In this document: in pieces, positions 59,930 to 64,000 of the stretch
Position numbering within the stretch: position 1 is the first letter of the stretch
Layout of the letters: each line of letters opens with the position of its first letter
NCBI GenBank assembly: GCA_036339465.1
Contig: JAYZAY010000056.1
Coordinates: 24,635-88,634 of the forward strand
Direction of reading: 5' to 3'
Source of the DNA: Myxococcota bacterium
Lineage (GTDB): Bacteria > Myxococcota > XYA12-FULL-58-9 > JABJBS01
Length of the DNA stretch: 64,000 nt
Translations under genes and position numbers: made by a program
The notes under the pieces: model-generated
What the model was told of the DNA's origin: nothing
Seen by the model: the letters and a program-made list of their open reading frames with translations, nothing else
The model's database searches: none

Positions 59930-62900
59930 GAAGAAAGAACCTTTTTCGCGAATTGCAATTCTCAATCGAGGGGAAGCGGCCATTCGCTTCATGCGTGCCG
60001 CCCAAACTTATAGCGGTATTTACTCTCAGCCCCTTGAAACTGTCGCTTATTACACCACGCCCGATAGAGCGGCGCTCTTTGTTCGAATGGCAACGCACGT
60101 CTACGATTTGGGCGAGGCCCTAGTTCCTGGGCCCGATGGGAAAATGCGATCCGCCTATCTCGATATTGAACGTGTTATTCATGTAACCAAGAGCGTTGGC
60201 GCTACCGCCATTTGGCCGGGATGGGGTTTCTTAGCCGAGAGTGCCGATTTTGCTAAGGCCTGCGAAGAAAACGGAATTACGTTTATTGGACCGTCTTCGA
60301 GTGCCATTTCGCTTCTTGGAGACAAAATTCGAGCCAAGCAACTCGCCAAACAATGCAATGTTCCAGTAACCGGTTGGTCAGACTCTGATGTAAAAGACGT
60401 GGCCGAGGCTCGGGAAATCGCCGCCAAGATTGGTTACCCACTCTTAATCAAGGCGAGCGCCGGGGGTGGTGGACGAGGCATTCGAATTGTCCGCAAAGAC
60501 GATGAACTCGAAGTTGCTTTTGACTCGGCTCGAAGTGAAGCCCTTTCGGCGTTTGGTTGTGCCGATGTTTTAATGGAGCAATTGGTCGAAAAAGCTCGGC
60601 ACGTTGAAGTTCAAATTATTGGCGACACCCAAGGAACCGTTTGGGCTTTGGGAACGCGTGATTGCTCCGTTCAACGGCGTCATCAAAAACTGATTGAGGA
60701 AGCGCCAGCCCCTGATCTTGCTCCTGAGATTGAACAGGCGATGTGCGATGCGGCGATTGTCGTGGCTAAAGAGTCTAAATACGTTGGAGCAGGGACTGCC
60801 GAATTTCTTTACGAACCTGACACCAATAATTTCTACTTCTTGGAGATGAATACCCGCCTTCAAGTGGACACACACGATTACTGAAGAAATTTACGGGGTT
60901 GATTTGGCGGTTCAGCAAATTCTGGTAGCTCAAGGAGAGCCTTTACCATCAGAAGAACCTCCCAAGCGGCGGGGAACCGCCATTGAATTGAGGCTGAATG
61001 CTGAAAACCCCGATGATGAGTTTGCTCCTTCGGCGGGGGGGATTTCTCGGTTTGAAGCCCCCCAAGGCCCTGGAATTCGATTTGATTCCGGATATTCATC
61101 TGGAGACGAAATTCCAACCGAATTCGATTCAAATATTGCTAAAATCATTGCTCGTGGTGCGAATCGAGATGAAGCGTTTTCCCGTTTGAATGCGGTACTT
61201 CGGGATACCATTGTCGCCATTGCCGGTGGCCCAACGAATCGTTCTCTTTTGATGGAATTGGTTACCAACGAGGAAATTCGAAAAGGTCCCGTTACAACTC
61301 ATTGGCTTGACCATTATCTCGAAGCGCGCCCAGCTCCCGAAGACCGGCCGGGTCTTGCAATTGCGTTGGCTGCTGCTGCCTTAGGCGACCACTTACGCCA
61401 CCGCCGAGGTTCTGTTCTCAATTTTCTTCATAGTGCTCAACGGGGATTGCCTCAGCGCTCGATTGCTGCTGGGCCGTCGAAGTGGCGCTACGTTGTTGGT
61501 AAGCAAAGCTTTGATTTAACCGTTGCAAGTCTTGCTTCGGGATTGTTTAGAATCACCTGCGGTGACGGAGGTATGGATTTACGTGCCCTTAATACGGGGC
61601 AGCGAACAATGGTCCTTGAAGAGAGCAATGGAGTGCGACATACGGTGTTGCGAATTGCGACGGGCACGGCAGTCCATGTCGATATTGACGGGGTCGCTAG
61701 AACGTTAACTCGGGCCAGTGATGGTGCTATCTTGGCTCCGATTCCCGCGGCCGTGACTCGGGTGCACGTTAAGGTTGGTGATGTGGTTCAGCTTGGGGAC
61801 AAGCTGATTACCCTTGAAGTCATGAAAATGGAATCGGGGGTTGCTTCTCCTCAATCGGGGGTGGTCACCGAAGTTTTTGTTGATTCGGCCACTCGCGTAG
61901 CTGCCGGTGACTCGTTAATGACAATTGAAGAAGAAGTTTCAGACGATGATACTTCTGCGGCAGTTCAAGCATCGCCCTTTTCCAAGGAGCCAAGACCCCT
62001 GAAGGGCTTGAGCCTACTTCGAGCTGCGCTTCTCGGTTACGATGTTCATAAACGAGAGTTTGACGATGCGGTTGCTCAACTAGAGACTGGCGAATTGAGC
62101 TTTACCCGGAATGAGTTGACAGGTCTTCTCGATGTTATTCTCTTGCAAGAATCGCTCTTTGCCCGCGGCGTTTTTGATGATGCTCGCAATGATTCGGGGG
62201 AGTCTTCGGCTGACCAACTCTTACGATTTATTCGACATCCGCTTGGGGATGAAGAGGCATTGTCCGAAACATTCAAAGAACGGCTTGACCGAGTCCTGCG
62301 GCTACACAATTTGGTAGGCCGTCGTCGACGGTTCGAGTTAGAAGCGGCATTGTTGCGCTTATTCTACAGCAACCTTCAGTCTCAGCGCCTTCAACGAGTT
62401 CTTTTTCTTTTTACCCTTGTGGATGCCATTTTGGCTACTAAAGGCTGTCAGGAATCCGAGGCTGACTGCGACCATAATAGAGAACTTTTAGAGGGCTTTG
62501 CTCATTATGCTGCTGGACAAAATCGACGGTTAGCTCAATCCGTTTGGCACACCATTTTTAGACTTTATGACCACCCCCAGATGCTGCTTGCGGCTCAAGA
62601 TAAAGATGAAGAAGAAGAAGAAGAAGCAAGCAAGCTTTTGAATGCGCTTGTTAGTGGTAAGGAGAACACTACTCGTGCATCGGTTCTAGAGTTTTCCTTG
62701 GCCGCCTTGTTGCGTATTACAATTCGTCAGGAGAACTCCAATCACTCATTCCAAATTCTTAGTTTGATGATGGAGCACCTCTACGAAGGTGCTGACCTTA
62801 TTCTCAAAGAAGCTGCAGATGCCGGCCGTGTTACCGTTGCTTCATCTCGGGATGATAATCGCTGTGTGGCCGGAGCATTGATTTTGTGCGACGCGGATGT

Positions 62901-63705
62901 TGCCAAAGCGGTAGCGGCTTGTGATGGGCATAAAGAAGCGGACCTATTCTGGGGGGCCAAGCCCAAAGACTCCCAAGTAACGTCGTTGATCGCAGATCTT
63001 CATGAACTTGATCGAGTTTCGTTTATCTGGCCAGCTCCACAGACCGGCGTTCGGGTGCGAACGTTTTCTCGAATCAATGCGCAACTTCAAGAACAAACCA
63101 TCATTCGGGACATTCATCCAGCCCGACCCATGGCGGGTGATTTAGAGCGCTGGAAAGACTTTCACTTAGAGCGCTTGAATGCGCCTTCCGATATTTGCTT
63201 GGCTTTGGCGACCGCGAAAGATGGTTCAGGGGACCAGCGGCTCCTAGCCTTAGGTGAAATCGACCGCTTTGACCCAGTTCGATGTGATTCTAAGCCCGGT
63301 AGTATTAGTATTCCGGCTTTTGAGAGTATGTTCCACCATTCAATTTATTCCATCAGCCAGGCATTAACGAGTTTGGGCTTGGGGCAAACTACGAAGGGAC
63401 GAGGGAATCGCAAGCGCTTGGTTTGGAATCGAATTTCACTTTTTTACCGACCAGTGGTGCGACTAACTCGACACGAGATTGAGCACCTTGCGGCTCGATT
63501 TAGCTTGTGGGCCCCCGCTCTCGGCCTTGAGAAAGTAAATGTCCAAGCTCGGTTTGCCAATCCGAGTAAGCCGGACGCAGAGCCAAAGACCATGTGCATG
63601 GAATGGAGCGAACGGATGAAGAACACCTCAGTCTGGCACTTTGCTCAACCGGTCCACACGCCTCATAAAGTGGTTTCTAATTACGAGCAGCGCGTGGTGG
63701 GATAA
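59928..63705 (+). pseudogene. Multidomain acyl-CoA carboxylase (BC-BCCP-central), frameshifted and lacking carboxyltransferase
   Basis: NRGE, GGGGRG, RDCSVQRRHQK, EMNTRLQV; +1 base near 60869; continues to EVMKME biotin site; stops at 63705. Confidence 0.85.
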
Positions 63706-64000
63706 AAAATTAAGCAGGATGATTAGTAAGCCCAGCTCTCTTGCTTCGACTTTTCAGGGCGTTGTCGTGAGTTTCAGGCCAAACTCAGGCCAAATCACCG
63801 AGTTTCGGCAGAACTTCTGGTTTTAGGATTTCTAAAATGGGATTTTTGCGGGCCAGAGAGCAAACGAATGCATGTCCCTTAGCGCATAGAAGAGAGAATC
63901 GTATTATTTTTCATTTCAAACTATTCTAACGTGTCAGATTTACCTGAACATGGTTGGGCGCCACGCACCCGGCGGAAACTCCGGCTCGGTAAATCCTTGC

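Overview
Bacterial chromosomal window, roughly 50% GC by eye. It is most consistent with a Myxococcota/deltaproteobacterial genome; this is an inference from a MYXO-CTERM-like sorting tail and a thrombospondin-repeat OmpA protein. About 48 CDS are supported: aldR-ald, crotonase, GST, MFS, SPFH, NYN, RRM, RluA, GH3 glucosidase, nadE, DUF2797, PilZ, a Zn-peptidase/ATP-grasp pair, P4H, START, M23, three large surface proteins, Ktr K+ uptake, a PAS adenylate cyclase, a PutP-like symporter and a MOSC-like protein. Broken genes include a CgeB-like glycosyltransferase, a frameshifted and truncated multidomain acyl-CoA carboxylase and a probable AmpG remnant. No tRNA, rRNA, CRISPR array, transposase or integrase was recognised. 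The best candidate for an undescribed system is a translationally coupled 8-gene operon at 44579-51987 on the minus strand. It pairs a GlmL/MutL-type actin-fold ATPase, with no glutamate mutase subunits in the window, with a barrel-sandwich-hybrid protein and several membrane proteins. Also notable are a shared CGCAAC-N16-CGATAA (sigma-28-like) promoter before two effector-like genes, a tandem-fused MotA-like protein without MotB, a structured duplicated intergenic element upstream of the ATPase operon, and a nested 5'-truncated repeat array at 58.65 kb. All family calls come from motif recognition by eye; no searches were run.
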